Positions 19,554 to 29,203 of a stretch of 64,000 nucleotides of DNA are shown in pieces. A program made the position numbers and the translations under genes. Source of the DNA: Clostridia bacterium (lineage in GTDB: Bacteria > Bacillota > Clostridia > Christensenellales > UBA1242). Location of the stretch: contig JAFVTW010000022.1 in NCBI GenBank assembly GCA_017503005.1, positions 46,949-110,948 on the forward strand, given 5' to 3'. Numbering within the stretch: position 1 is the stretch's first letter; every line of letters starts with the position of its first letter. Below the pieces are notes generated by a model. It searched no databases. It saw only the letters and a program-made list of their open reading frames with translations, and was not told the origin of the DNA.

Positions 19554-20423
19554 ATGAGTGTTAAAAAAGCTATAATACCTTTGGGTGGATTGGCTACTAG
19601 ATTTTTGCCAGCATCAAAGGCAGTGCCAAAGGGAATGTTTCCAGTGGTAGACAAACCTATTTTGCAATATATTATTGAGGAACTAAGTGAGGCAGGTGTG
19701 ACCGACATTCTGCTACTAGTAGGTAGAAATAACGAAGCTATACTTAACCACTTTGACAAATTTCCAGAATTAAACGAAAACTTAACAAGAGATGGTAAAT
19801 TTGCATTGTTAGAAAAAGCAGAAAAACCGGTTAATCTGGCTAGAATACTATACAAGAGAATGTATGAGCCTAGAGGTGTTGCTGATGTAGTTATGAATGC
19901 TAGAACATTTATAGGCAACGATCCGTTCTTTATGGTGTATGGGGACGAACTTTTCTATAACGAAAATTCTAGCTCAATAAAGCAAATGATAGATGTTTAC
20001 AACCAAACACAAAAAGCTGTAGTTGGTTGCTATAGTGTAGATCCTAAAGATGTGTACAAATACGGTATTATGGCTATAGATAATGTAGATGGTATTTTAA
20101 ATATTACACATATGGTAGAAAAACCAAAAGTAGAAGAAGCTCCTTCTACATTAAGTGCTGTTGGTAAATATATCTTAAATCCAGATGTGTTTGAAGTAAT
20201 TGAAGAAGTAAGCAAAAACTTTAATAAAGAAAAGAATTTTACCGAAGCTTTAAACATTCTAGCTGGTCAAGGTAAAGTAGTTGCTTGTGACTTAAAAGGT
20301 GAAAGATACGATACAGGTAGCAAATTGGGATATCTGCTTGCAAATGTTGCATATGGTCTAAAAGACAAAGAAATTTGTGAGGAGCTGAAAAACAATTTGA
20401 TTACCATGTTAGAGGAAAAGTAA
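19554..20423 (+). CDS. galU: UTP--glucose-1-phosphate uridylyltransferase
   Basis: KAIIPLGGLATRFLPASKAVPKGMFPVVDKPILQYIIEE. Confidence 0.9.
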   Translation: MSVKKAIIPLGGLATRFLPASKAVPKGMFPVVDKPILQYIIEELSEAGVTDILLLVGRNNEAILNHFDKFPELNENLTRDGKFALLEKAEKPVNLARILYKRMYEPRGVADVVMNARTFIGNDPFFMVYGDELFYNENSSSIKQMIDVYNQTQKAVVGCYSVDPKDVYKYGIMAIDNVDGILNITHMVEKPKVEEAPSTLSAVGKYILNPDVFEVIEEVSKNFNKEKNFTEALNILAGQGKVVACDLKGERYDTGSKLGYLLANVAYGLKDKEICEELKNNLITMLEEK

Positions 20424-20424
20424 A

Positions 20425-21120
20425 ATGAAGAAATTGTTTACTGTTTTGAATATATTGATGGTAGAAGCTATAGTAATACTGGTAATGCTGTACTCAGAAT
20501 TTGGTGGAGTAGAGCTAAAAGCTGCTACTAGTTCAATGTTTGTAATTTTGAGTGGAATTAATCTAGTATATGCATGTCTAAACAAAACCGACAATCTAAA
20601 ATATTATATATTTATGGTGGCGGCATTTGTGATAGCTATGGCAGGAGATGTAGTTTTGTATTTTGATTTTATGGTAGGTGCAATCATATTTGCTATAGGT
20701 CATATATTCTACTTTGTTGCATACTCTATTAGAACAAAGATTAAGCTTACAGACTTTATATACTCAGCAGCAGTGTTTGTGCCATCTGCATTGCTTATAT
20801 TACTAGAAAAGAGTTTTGATTTTGGTGGAGCACTTATGCAGGTTATTTGCTTAGTGTATGCACTTATTATTTCGCTAATGTTGGGTAAAGCCATAGCAAA
20901 TACTACTAGAGAATTTAGTATGTCAAACATTATTATACTTATAGGTAGTGCATTATTCTTCTTGTCAGATCTAATGTTGCTGCTATGTTACTTTGGTAAT
21001 GGTGGAATGTTGGCAGATATTATATGTCTAGCTACATACTTCCCAGGACAAGGGTTGTTAGCATACTCATTATTTCATATTGAAAATGAAAAAGAAAGTG
21101 AGAAAAAACAAATTGAATAA
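20425..21120 (+). CDS. YhhN-family membrane protein, copy 2
   Basis: AGDVVLYF, GHIFYFVAY and FFLSDLMLL motifs. The ATG is 1 nt after the galU stop. Confidence 0.7.
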   Translation: MKKLFTVLNILMVEAIVILVMLYSEFGGVELKAATSSMFVILSGINLVYACLNKTDNLKYYIFMVAAFVIAMAGDVVLYFDFMVGAIIFAIGHIFYFVAYSIRTKIKLTDFIYSAAVFVPSALLILLEKSFDFGGALMQVICLVYALIISLMLGKAIANTTREFSMSNIIILIGSALFFLSDLMLLLCYFGNGGMLADIICLATYFPGQGLLAYSLFHIENEKESEKKQIE

Positions 21121-21157
21121 TAGAAAAAGAACATTGAAATTTCAATGTTCTTTTTTG

Positions 21158-21967
21158 TTACCTATTTAGTTTTTTACATATAGCTTTGATTTTGTCTAAT
21201 TGTTCTTGTTGTTCTGCATATAATTGTTCTGTAGTAAATTCACCAGTCACACCACCAACTGTTGCTAGATTTGTGTGTTTTATTTTAGGGATATACTCAA
21301 ATGTTACCATTCGTAGGTTTGGACATTTTTTGATAGTGTATTCTAGCAATTCAAACTCCTTGTCGCTACCAGCTGTATGTGAATCAGTAAGTATTCCATT
21401 TTTGTATGCTGTACCAGAAAAGTGTATCTCTACTACCTTATCTAAATCAAGGTTAGATATATATTCTTCGTAGCTTATTCCAAATCTGTCTGCTGCTACT
21501 ATAGCATGTGCTGTGTCTAGAAGCAACTTTAGATTGTATTTGTTGGCTATAGTGTTTACTAGTTTGCTATCAGTACTCCATAGTTCTATATCGCCTAATG
21601 GTGGTAAATTTTCTATAATAATTTCAGTGTTAGGAAATTTGTTTCGTATTATTTTTAGATTGCTCTCAAGTGTAGGAATGTAGTCTGGTTGGTTGTAACT
21701 AGTTCTGTAGTCAAAATGGAAAGACAACCATCTTTGATTTGTTTGTTTTATGATTTTGCTAAATTCCTCAAAGTTGATTAGTAATGTAGGGTCTAGCAGT
21801 GAACCACTAGAAGGGGCTATGCCGTGTAATAAAATTTTGAAATCTAATTTTAATAAATTTTTTAATGTATCTATATCACATATAGAGCCAGGGTACTTTA
21901 TAAATGCAGTGTCCTTTTGTGATAATTTTGTAACTTCATCATCTATATGATTTACACTAAATTCCAT
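21158..21967 (-). CDS. xylose-isomerase-like TIM-barrel protein, possibly DUF692 (MbnB/TglH-like) family
   Basis: Pattern LLHG...SL, WLSFHF, IIENLP, LLLDTAHA and EIHFSG resembles the DUF692 metal-ligand blocks. Assignment is tentative. Confidence 0.4.
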   Translation of the reverse strand: MEFSVNHIDDEVTKLSQKDTAFIKYPGSICDIDTLKNLLKLDFKILLHGIAPSSGSLLDPTLLINFEEFSKIIKQTNQRWLSFHFDYRTSYNQPDYIPTLESNLKIIRNKFPNTEIIIENLPPLGDIELWSTDSKLVNTIANKYNLKLLLDTAHAIVAADRFGISYEEYISNLDLDKVVEIHFSGTAYKNGILTDSHTAGSDKEFELLEYTIKKCPNLRMVTFEYIPKIKHTNLATVGGVTGEFTTEQLYAEQQEQLDKIKAICKKLNR

Positions 21968-22148
21968 AAATTTGTACCTTCTTAGAAATAATGCTGTTTG
22001 ACATATTTTGTAAAATTTTGTCTAACTGCATTTATGGTATCAAATATTTGAAATATAATCAATTGTTTGTCTAGAAATAAAAAATAAAAAACACAACAGA
22101 TGTTGTGTTGTGCTTTTATTGTTATACTTATTGTCAAAAACTATACAA

Positions 22149-22778
22149 TTACAGTTCACTTGCTTCCATAATTAGGTTGTCAAGTGTGGTACACATATCG
22201 ATAGCTTCTGGTGTAATTTGTAGTTCTAATTCTTGTGTAATAGATTCTGCAGGGATAAAAATTTTGTTGTTTTTCTCTCTACTAGAAGATTCTAAGAATT
22301 TGTGTGTATGAGTTTTGTCTAGCTCTATAGTCATACATAGTTTAGATAATATTCTTCGATTCAAGTAAATAGCTATACCTACACCAATTAGAATTAAACC
22401 TACAACCCATACCAGAATTAGTATAGGGCTAAAATTCATTATGGCTTGTACAATTCCATATGCTGTGATTATACTACCAATCACCATTAAGAATATTGAT
22501 AATAGTAGTCCAGGTATTTGTTGTGTAATGCTATAGTTTACTGCTTTGATGTCGCCTAGACGGAAAGAGTGTTTGCGATAAGTTTCATCATTTTTTTGTT
22601 CGCTTACAATTAGTCTTTTGTTTGTAAGAACCACCTTACTAATTGTAGTTGATGTTTCTTTAGTTTTTCTATCTACAGAAATTTCTTCTTCTTCAGTAAA
22701 TACCCATTTTTTTACCAAAGTTTCACTATTGCTGTAATCTTCGATTTGACTAAAATCAATTTTTTCAAACTTTTCCAT
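22149..22778 (-). CDS. membrane protein with N-terminal PH/GRAM-like segment and 2-3 TM
   Basis: VVLTNKRLIVSE...FRLGDIKAV followed by hydrophobic helices. Confidence 0.45.
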   Translation of the reverse strand: MEKFEKIDFSQIEDYSNSETLVKKWVFTEEEEISVDRKTKETSTTISKVVLTNKRLIVSEQKNDETYRKHSFRLGDIKAVNYSITQQIPGLLLSIFLMVIGSIITAYGIVQAIMNFSPILILVWVVGLILIGVGIAIYLNRRILSKLCMTIELDKTHTHKFLESSSREKNNKIFIPAESITQELELQITPEAIDMCTTLDNLIMEASEL

Positions 22779-22915
22779 ATTTCTTCCTTTTATATATTTT
22801 ATTTATATGCAATAAATTTTGGTTTTATATTACTGTTAAAAGTATATACTTTTTGGTTGTTTCAATCAACAAAAAAACAACATCTTAAATTTTTAAAATG
22901 TTGTTTTTTATTGAA

Positions 22916-23248
22916 TTATGCTTTGAAATCTTCAATAGCTTTTTCTGAACCAGTTAGAACCCATTTGCCTTCTTGTGTATATACATTCAATAGGGCATCT
23001 TCTATAAATTGTTCAGCATTTTTAGTTGAGTCGAATAGCATAGCTGTCATTGAAGTTAGACCTTTACTAGCTACAAAACCACCAACTAGACCTTCAGCAT
23101 CTTCTTTAGAATAAGCAACTACGGTGTATCCTGCTTCTTCCATTTTTGCTTCAGCCTTTTCTACATTTGCTGGTACACAAGCAACTAGTGCTACAGAAGC
23201 TAACAATACTACTAGTGCATAGCTAAACATTTTTAAAACTTTTTGCAT
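22916..23248 (-). CDS. small lipoprotein
   Basis: Signal peptide with lipobox LVAC. Confidence 0.6.
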   Translation of the reverse strand: MQKVLKMFSYALVVLLASVALVACVPANVEKAEAKMEEAGYTVVAYSKEDAEGLVGGFVASKGLTSMTAMLFDSTKNAEQFIEDALLNVYTQEGKWVLTGSEKAIEDFKA

Positions 23249-23352
23249 AATGAACCTCCACTATTTTTGTCTATATTTATTGTATCAATATTGTTTAAAT
23301 TTTGTCAAAATTAAAAGACTACATTTTTTATTTTTGTTATTTTAACCAAAGA

Positions 23353-23772
23353 TTATTTTTTGTATCGTTTCCATCCCCACCAGTGCGGCATTAAGTCTTT
23401 TAGCTTTAGGGTTTTTCTAGATTCATAGTCGGTTAGTATTTCCATTTCAGCATTTTCTGCCGATAACTGCAAGAAAAATTCTTGACAAGCACCACATGGC
23501 AAGCCACCATGTTCTTTTGGTGGTTGGTCCCTAAAAGCTATTAGTCTTTTTACAACGGTTTGACCACTATGCATATACATATTTAACCCAGCTACTCGTT
23601 CGGCACATAGGGCTATTACTCCACTAGCACCTTCTATGCAAAATCCGGTATATATTTCTCCATTCTCAGCCTCTATGGCACACACTACATGGTGTGCAGA
23701 TATAAATGGCGACACATCTTCAGGATGATATTCTGCTTTTGCTTTGTTGTATAGTTTTTCCCAAATATCCAT
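23353..23772 (-). CDS. cytidine/deoxycytidylate deaminase-fold protein
   Basis: Zinc motifs CAERVA and PCGACQEF. Confidence 0.7.
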   Translation of the reverse strand: MDIWEKLYNKAKAEYHPEDVSPFISAHHVVCAIEAENGEIYTGFCIEGASGVIALCAERVAGLNMYMHSGQTVVKRLIAFRDQPPKEHGGLPCGACQEFFLQLSAENAEMEILTDYESRKTLKLKDLMPHWWGWKRYKK

Positions 23773-23784
23773 AATTTTACTCCA

Positions 23785-24429
23785 TTAGTTTAGATATTGT
23801 TTTAGTATTTGCCAGTTTTCTAGAATTTCTTTTTCGCTATGTGTTCGTTTACACATAGGACTAGGCGATAGTATTCTAGTATATGGACAGGTGTCTATTT
23901 TCATTATTCTTTGTAACTCGTCTATGCCTTCTTCTTTAAATATTTGCTTTAGTCGTTTTTCCACTTCGTAGCTATTTACAAATATTTGTTTTATATTAGG
24001 ATTGTCTTCTAATATTTTCTTTATAGATTGACTACTATTATTTTTTGAGCTAAGTATTTGATTATCGGCAGAACCCACTCTCTCGCAGGTGTCTATTACA
24101 TCAAATAGTGCTATATGATTTCTATACAAAGCCTCTTTTACTTTGTCTTTGTAGTATTCACAATCGTCAGTATTGTAGTGTGCACGATAGTCGTTTGCTA
24201 GTTTGACAAAATCGTCAGTTTGCAGGGTTTGGGTAAGGTATTTCCAAAAGTTGTTTACCTTGCTCATATAGAAAAAGCCATATTTTACTCCACCAGCCGA
24301 AGGTATGGTACCCATCATTAGTATTTTGGCATTGCCGTCGTATACTGCATCAAAGCTGCTAGCATTTTCGGTTACATTTTTACTCATAAAATCACCATTT
24401 CCTAGTGTAGATTTTTTGTATTTTACCAA
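23785..24429 (-). CDS. uracil-DNA glycosylase superfamily protein (hypoxanthine/deoxyinosine glycosylase-like)
   Basis: ILMMGTIPS...FFYMSKVNNFWKY resembles the G(S/T)xPS...FYY...N.FW pattern. Start is uncertain (TTG 24429 or ATG 24387). Confidence 0.55.
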   Translation of the reverse strand: MVKYKKSTLGNGDFMSKNVTENASSFDAVYDGNAKILMMGTIPSAGGVKYGFFYMSKVNNFWKYLTQTLQTDDFVKLANDYRAHYNTDDCEYYKDKVKEALYRNHIALFDVIDTCERVGSADNQILSSKNNSSQSIKKILEDNPNIKQIFVNSYEVEKRLKQIFKEEGIDELQRIMKIDTCPYTRILSPSPMCKRTHSEKEILENWQILKQYLN

Positions 24430-24618
24430 TATCTAATTATATCATACTTTAGACTTTTGTAGAAGCGATATTTTATTCCAAAATAAAAGGGATATTAAGA
24501 TGTTTATTTTCTAAAACTAAATAGCGAAAATATGTTGAAAGTTGGGTATGAGTATTGTATAATAAGTGGCTACTAGAATTGAGCGACACAATTAAATATT
24601 TATTTTAGGAGGTTTTGT

Positions 24619-25122
24619 ATGGCAACATTTACATGGTTTGACGGCGAAGTTCCTAACGGAACAAAAATTACTCAAGTGTACGGACTAGTTTTTACCCCAG
24701 ATGGCAGAATGCTTATCATTGGCAAAGACAAAAAGGACAGAGTAGAGTATTCTTTAATAGGTGGCACTCCAGAAGATTTTGATGTAGATAAAGAAGCTAC
24801 ACTAAGAAGAGAGCTACTAGAAGAAGCAAATACAGCTTTGGGTAATGAAATACATATGGTAGGTTACCAACTTGTTGATGAAGAAAATGGTATACCACCT
24901 TATGCTCAAGTTAGAATGATGGCTATGATAGATAGTATTGGTCCTAGTCAACCAGACCCAGACAATGGTCAAACATATCAAAGAATTTTGACCACACCAG
25001 ATAGGGTAATCGAACTACTAAAATGGGGAACTACAGGCGAAAAACAGGTCAAAGCTGCAGTACAAATGGCTAAACAATATTTTGGCATTTCATCACATCT
25101 AGATAAGGAAGAAATTGTTTAA
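24619..25122 (+). CDS. NUDIX hydrolase
   Basis: Nudix box GGTPEDFDVDKEATLRRELLEEAN. Confidence 0.75.
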   Translation: MATFTWFDGEVPNGTKITQVYGLVFTPDGRMLIIGKDKKDRVEYSLIGGTPEDFDVDKEATLRRELLEEANTALGNEIHMVGYQLVDEENGIPPYAQVRMMAMIDSIGPSQPDPDNGQTYQRILTTPDRVIELLKWGTTGEKQVKAAVQMAKQYFGISSHLDKEEIV

Positions 25123-25214
25123 GCTCTACAAAAAAGACACACTTTTATGGTGTGTCCTTTTTATTTGTAAAATATCAATTGTTTTTATTGTTGACTTATA
25201 TAATTTGAGTTTGA

Positions 25215-25619
25215 TTATTTTGCATATTTTTTTACTACTTCTTCAGCTACAGGAATGTCAGCTGCTGCCCAGTCTAATTCCATCATATTTTCTGGTTTTA
25301 CCCAACGAATATCTTTGTGTACATTTTGTTTGATATCGTGAGAGATTAGTTCACATTCGTATACTCCCATAGATAGGTGGAAGTCAGGGTAATCGTGTTC
25401 TACTTGATAGAAGAAATTGTTGATTTTTACTTCGATTTCTAATTCTTCTCTTAGTTCTCTAACTAATGTTTCTTCGTTTGTTTCGCCTTCTTCAATTTTA
25501 CCACCAGGGAATTCCCACTTGAAAGATACATATTCATATTTTCCTTGATCTCTTAGTGTGCACAATATTTCACCTTTACTATTTTTTATAACACCTGCAA
25601 TTGTTCTAATTTGTTTCAT
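25215..25619 (-). CDS. MutT-type (deoxy)nucleoside triphosphate pyrophosphohydrolase
   Basis: WEFPGGKIEEGETNEETLVRELREELEI. Confidence 0.8.
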   Translation of the reverse strand: MKQIRTIAGVIKNSKGEILCTLRDQGKYEYVSFKWEFPGGKIEEGETNEETLVRELREELEIEVKINNFFYQVEHDYPDFHLSMGVYECELISHDIKQNVHKDIRWVKPENMMELDWAAADIPVAEEVVKKYAK

Positions 25620-25781
25620 GGTTTGACTCCTTTGTTATTGTTATGCATATCATATCACACATTTTTTAGTTTGTAAATAGTTTTTTGTAGTTTTCTTTAG
25701 TTTTTTATAAATAATTTTAGTTTTTTAAAGTTTTGATGGTTTTTTCTTGATTTTTTGGGTGGAATATATTAATATATAAAT

Positions 25782-26228
25782 ATGGATTACGAATTGGAAA
25801 TTTTGAAGTTAAAGCAAAGAGTAGAACAGTTAGAAGAACTACTTATGCTAAAAGCAGAAGAGAAGCCAGTGGGCGAAAAACAAAATAATAGAGACAAAAC
25901 AAAGTATATGTTTGAGAATAAAGTCTATGCTAAAAATAGACTGGTTTTGGCTGTTATCAAAAAGTATGTGCTAGAGAACAATCCTTCGCTTGACGATTTG
26001 ACTGCTGTATTTGACAAATCATTACAGGGGTCACTAGGTGTAGTAGAGAGATTAGACAAAATACAAACTATCAGTGATGCAGGCAAAAGGTTTTTTATAA
26101 AGGACGAAGACATTATTGTCTTGAGTGATGGTACAAAAATTGCAGTATGTACTCAGTGGGGCATATTCAATATCAAGAAGTTTATAACTTTGGCAGAAAA
26201 ACTAAATTACAATATTACATTGATATAG
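25782..26228 (+). CDS. hypothetical protein (N-terminal coiled coil)
   Basis: 148-aa ORF followed by a terminator at ~26232-26262. No motif recognised. Confidence 0.5.
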   Translation: MDYELEILKLKQRVEQLEELLMLKAEEKPVGEKQNNRDKTKYMFENKVYAKNRLVLAVIKKYVLENNPSLDDLTAVFDKSLQGSLGVVERLDKIQTISDAGKRFFIKDEDIIVLSDGTKIAVCTQWGIFNIKKFITLAEKLNYNITLI

Positions 26229-26379
26229 AATTGGGCGACAAATATTGTCGCTCTTTTTTGTCGAAATATATTGCTATTATTTGCCATATCGACTAGTGAT
26301 TAAGGCTATATTATTTGACATATACTCGCTTGGTTTTGTACACTTATACTGATAACACTTAAAAAAGGGGCAAGTTGCT

Positions 26380-27090
26380 TTGGAAAAAAATATTCAAGAA
26401 CTAAAAAAGATTCCTAATCACTTAGGTATTATTATAGATGGAAACGGCCGTTGGGCAAAAAAGAGAGGACTTACTCGTAGTATGGGGCACAAAGCTGGTT
26501 TCGGTACACTAGAGAAAATTTTGAAAGAGTGTTTCTATACATACAATATTCCTGTAGTAAGTATTTATGCTTTCTCTACCGAAAACTGGAACAGACCAAA
26601 AGACGAAGTTGATTATCTAATGGAAACATTTAGAAAATACTTAAATCAAGAATTCAAAAATGACTATCCAGAAGTTAAACTAAATGTGCTAGGTGATATT
26701 GATGGCCTACCAGAAGACATCGCTATAAACTGCAAGAAGTTGATAGAAGAAACTAAGAATGGCACTAAGTATACACTAAATATGGCTGTAAACTATAGTA
26801 GTCAAGACGAACTTGTGCATGCTTACAATCAAATGATAGAAGAAGGTGTAACTAAGGTAGACAGAGAAACTATCGCAAACCATTTGTATACCAAAGGTCA
26901 GCCACCACTTGATTTTGTAATTAGAACTAGTGGAGAGCAAAGACTAAGCAACTTTATGCTATGGCAAGCAGCTTATGCAGAATTCTATTTCCCAAAAGTA
27001 TACTGGCCAGCATTTACCAAAAATCATCTACACAAAGCACTATTAGAGTATCAAAGCCGTGACCGTCGCTTTGGTGCTATAAAAGGATAA
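26380..27090 (+). CDS. uppS: undecaprenyl diphosphate synthase
   Basis: HLGIIIDGNGRWAKKRGL, FSTENW.RP and RTSGEQRLSNF.LWQ motifs. Confidence 0.9.
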   Translation: MEKNIQELKKIPNHLGIIIDGNGRWAKKRGLTRSMGHKAGFGTLEKILKECFYTYNIPVVSIYAFSTENWNRPKDEVDYLMETFRKYLNQEFKNDYPEVKLNVLGDIDGLPEDIAINCKKLIEETKNGTKYTLNMAVNYSSQDELVHAYNQMIEEGVTKVDRETIANHLYTKGQPPLDFVIRTSGEQRLSNFMLWQAAYAEFYFPKVYWPAFTKNHLHKALLEYQSRDRRFGAIKG

Positions 27091-27169
27091 TATTGTTTTA
27101 GATTTATTCCCCTAGATATATTTTTGTATTTGGGGGAATATATTGTATAAGAACCATTTGGGAGAATTT

Positions 27170-27802
27170 ATGACCGAAGCTATTAGCAATTTTTTGGCAA
27201 CATTATTTAACGACAATGTCGTACTAGCTACCATAATTATTTCTATGATACCCCTATTTGAACTTAAGGTGGGTATTCCTTTTGGTATGAATAGAGATTT
27301 TTGGGCTATACCTTTGTCAAACTGGGAAGCATTGTTTTCTGGTGTGATAGGTGGTCTAATCGTTACACTAATTTTAGCTGTCATATTTAAACCTATATAC
27401 AATGCAGTCAAAGATAAAAAGTTTTTTAAAACCTTAATTGAATTTTTTACTGGTAAAGCTGAAGCAAAAACTAGTGAAGTGGAAAATAAGACTATAAGTT
27501 CTAGCGATGCCAAAAAGTTTTGGATAAAGCTTTTGACGGTATTTTTGTTTGTAGCAGTTCCTGTACCAGGTACAGGAGTATATACTGGTACAGTACTAGC
27601 AGTATTTTTGGGACTTAATTACTGGCAAACTTTGATTACCGTGACACTAGGTAATATTTGTGCAGGACTTATAGTAATGTTTATTTGTAGCATATTCCCT
27701 AGTTTTACAAATATAATTATGTTTGTATTTATAGTGATTATCCTTGCATATTTGGGATATAGAATGGTAGTACATTTTGCTAAAAAGAATACAGAAGAAT
27801 AA
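27170..27802 (+). CDS. small multidrug-export-like membrane protein (COG2426-type)
   Basis: ELKVGIPFGM motif plus 4-5 TM. ATG 27170 follows GGGAGA. Confidence 0.55.
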   Translation: MTEAISNFLATLFNDNVVLATIIISMIPLFELKVGIPFGMNRDFWAIPLSNWEALFSGVIGGLIVTLILAVIFKPIYNAVKDKKFFKTLIEFFTGKAEAKTSEVENKTISSSDAKKFWIKLLTVFLFVAVPVPGTGVYTGTVLAVFLGLNYWQTLITVTLGNICAGLIVMFICSIFPSFTNIIMFVFIVIILAYLGYRMVVHFAKKNTEE

Positions 27803-27821
27803 GTGTTGCATAGGAGAAGCT

Positions 27822-28106
27822 ATGTCATTTTGGAAAAAGTTATTTAATATCAAGAAAATAATCAAGGTTGAGTTTGTTGAACATATAGATGGTTTAGACG
27901 AAGATGAGAAACTTGCAAATTTGGTTGTAGGTGATATGGAAGGTGGGTTCGAAGGTGCTGTGGTTGCTGATGTGTACAATCAGTATCATTCTGCCAAAAC
28001 AGTCTTTAGAGTATACTATGAAGATGGTACTATTGCACTAGAAGAGGTAGAGGACTATAGTAGTAGATACAATTTTTTGGTAAAACTACTAAAAGTTAAT
28101 AGGTAA
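27822..28106 (+). CDS. hypothetical protein (94 aa)
   Basis: ATG after AGGAG, with a terminator at ~28111-28137. Confidence 0.45.
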   Translation: MSFWKKLFNIKKIIKVEFVEHIDGLDEDEKLANLVVGDMEGGFEGAVVADVYNQYHSAKTVFRVYYEDGTIALEEVEDYSSRYNFLVKLLKVNR

Positions 28107-28236
28107 TACAAAAACCGAAGTATTCTTCGGTTTTTTTGTTGCAAATCGGTAAAAACATAGAGTTTTTATTTTGGTTTGACCTACAAATTGAAAATAGAAT
28201 TTGATATAATCTGCTTGTAATTAAAGGAGACGGGTT

Positions 28237-29172
28237 ATGGAAATCAAAGAAGATAGAGTAATTATTGACGGAGAAGTGAAAATAGGTGCAACTATCAGCT
28301 ATACTGACGAAAACAAAAAGAAACCATTAGTATTATTGATTATGGGCACAGGTAAGCTAGATAGAGATGGTAATCAGTTTGGATTCAAAAGTAATGTGTA
28401 CAAAAATATGTCTGATATGTTTGTAAAAATGGGTTATGTATGTGTAAGGTATGACAAAAGAGGCACTCACGAGTCTACTGGCAAATTTAATAGTGCGGGT
28501 ATATCTGATTTGGTTGCTGACTCTGCTAGGGTGATTGAATATGCAAAAAGTTTGCCATTTGTAGATGAAAAGAAGATAATTGCTTGTGGACATAGTGAAG
28601 GGGCTATGGTCGCTACACTACTTACCAAACAAACCGATTTGTCCCGTATCATTTTGTTGGGTGGAGCATGTATGTGTCTAAAAAGTGCTATGGAGTATCA
28701 AAACAACTTGGTGTTAGAAGAGTTTAAAGGTAAAAAGGGTTTTACTGCTTGGCTTATTAACAAGACTATGACTAAAGAAAAGTTGCAAAAACAAATCAAT
28801 TCTATATATGACAAAGCTAAAAAGGCCAAAAGTGATACATTCTTTGTAAAAGGTGCCTTTTTGCCTGCTAAGTGGCTAAGAGAACATGGCGAACTTACAG
28901 ATGATGACTATGTGAAGATGATAGAAGAATATGATGGTAAGGTGCTGGCTATTACCGGTAAAAGCGATTTGCAAGCAGATTATACTTGCCTAGAAAAAAT
29001 CGCTGAGTTTGAAAATGTAACCACTTATGCTCCAGAAAGGGTAAATCATATGCTTAGAGAAATAGATGATGAAAATAGTATAATGACTGTAACAAAGCAA
29101 TACAAAAGATTAGCAAAAAAACCTGTAGAACAAAGTACGAAAGAAAAAATAGAAGAATTTATGAAAAAGTAA
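28237..29172 (+). CDS. alpha/beta hydrolase
   Basis: Nucleophile elbow GHSEGA and overall alpha/beta-hydrolase layout. Confidence 0.7.
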   Translation: MEIKEDRVIIDGEVKIGATISYTDENKKKPLVLLIMGTGKLDRDGNQFGFKSNVYKNMSDMFVKMGYVCVRYDKRGTHESTGKFNSAGISDLVADSARVIEYAKSLPFVDEKKIIACGHSEGAMVATLLTKQTDLSRIILLGGACMCLKSAMEYQNNLVLEEFKGKKGFTAWLINKTMTKEKLQKQINSIYDKAKKAKSDTFFVKGAFLPAKWLREHGELTDDDYVKMIEEYDGKVLAITGKSDLQADYTCLEKIAEFENVTTYAPERVNHMLREIDDENSIMTVTKQYKRLAKKPVEQSTKEKIEEFMKK

Positions 29173-29203
29173 AAAAAAGAACCTTGCATTTAAGGTTCTT
29201 TTT

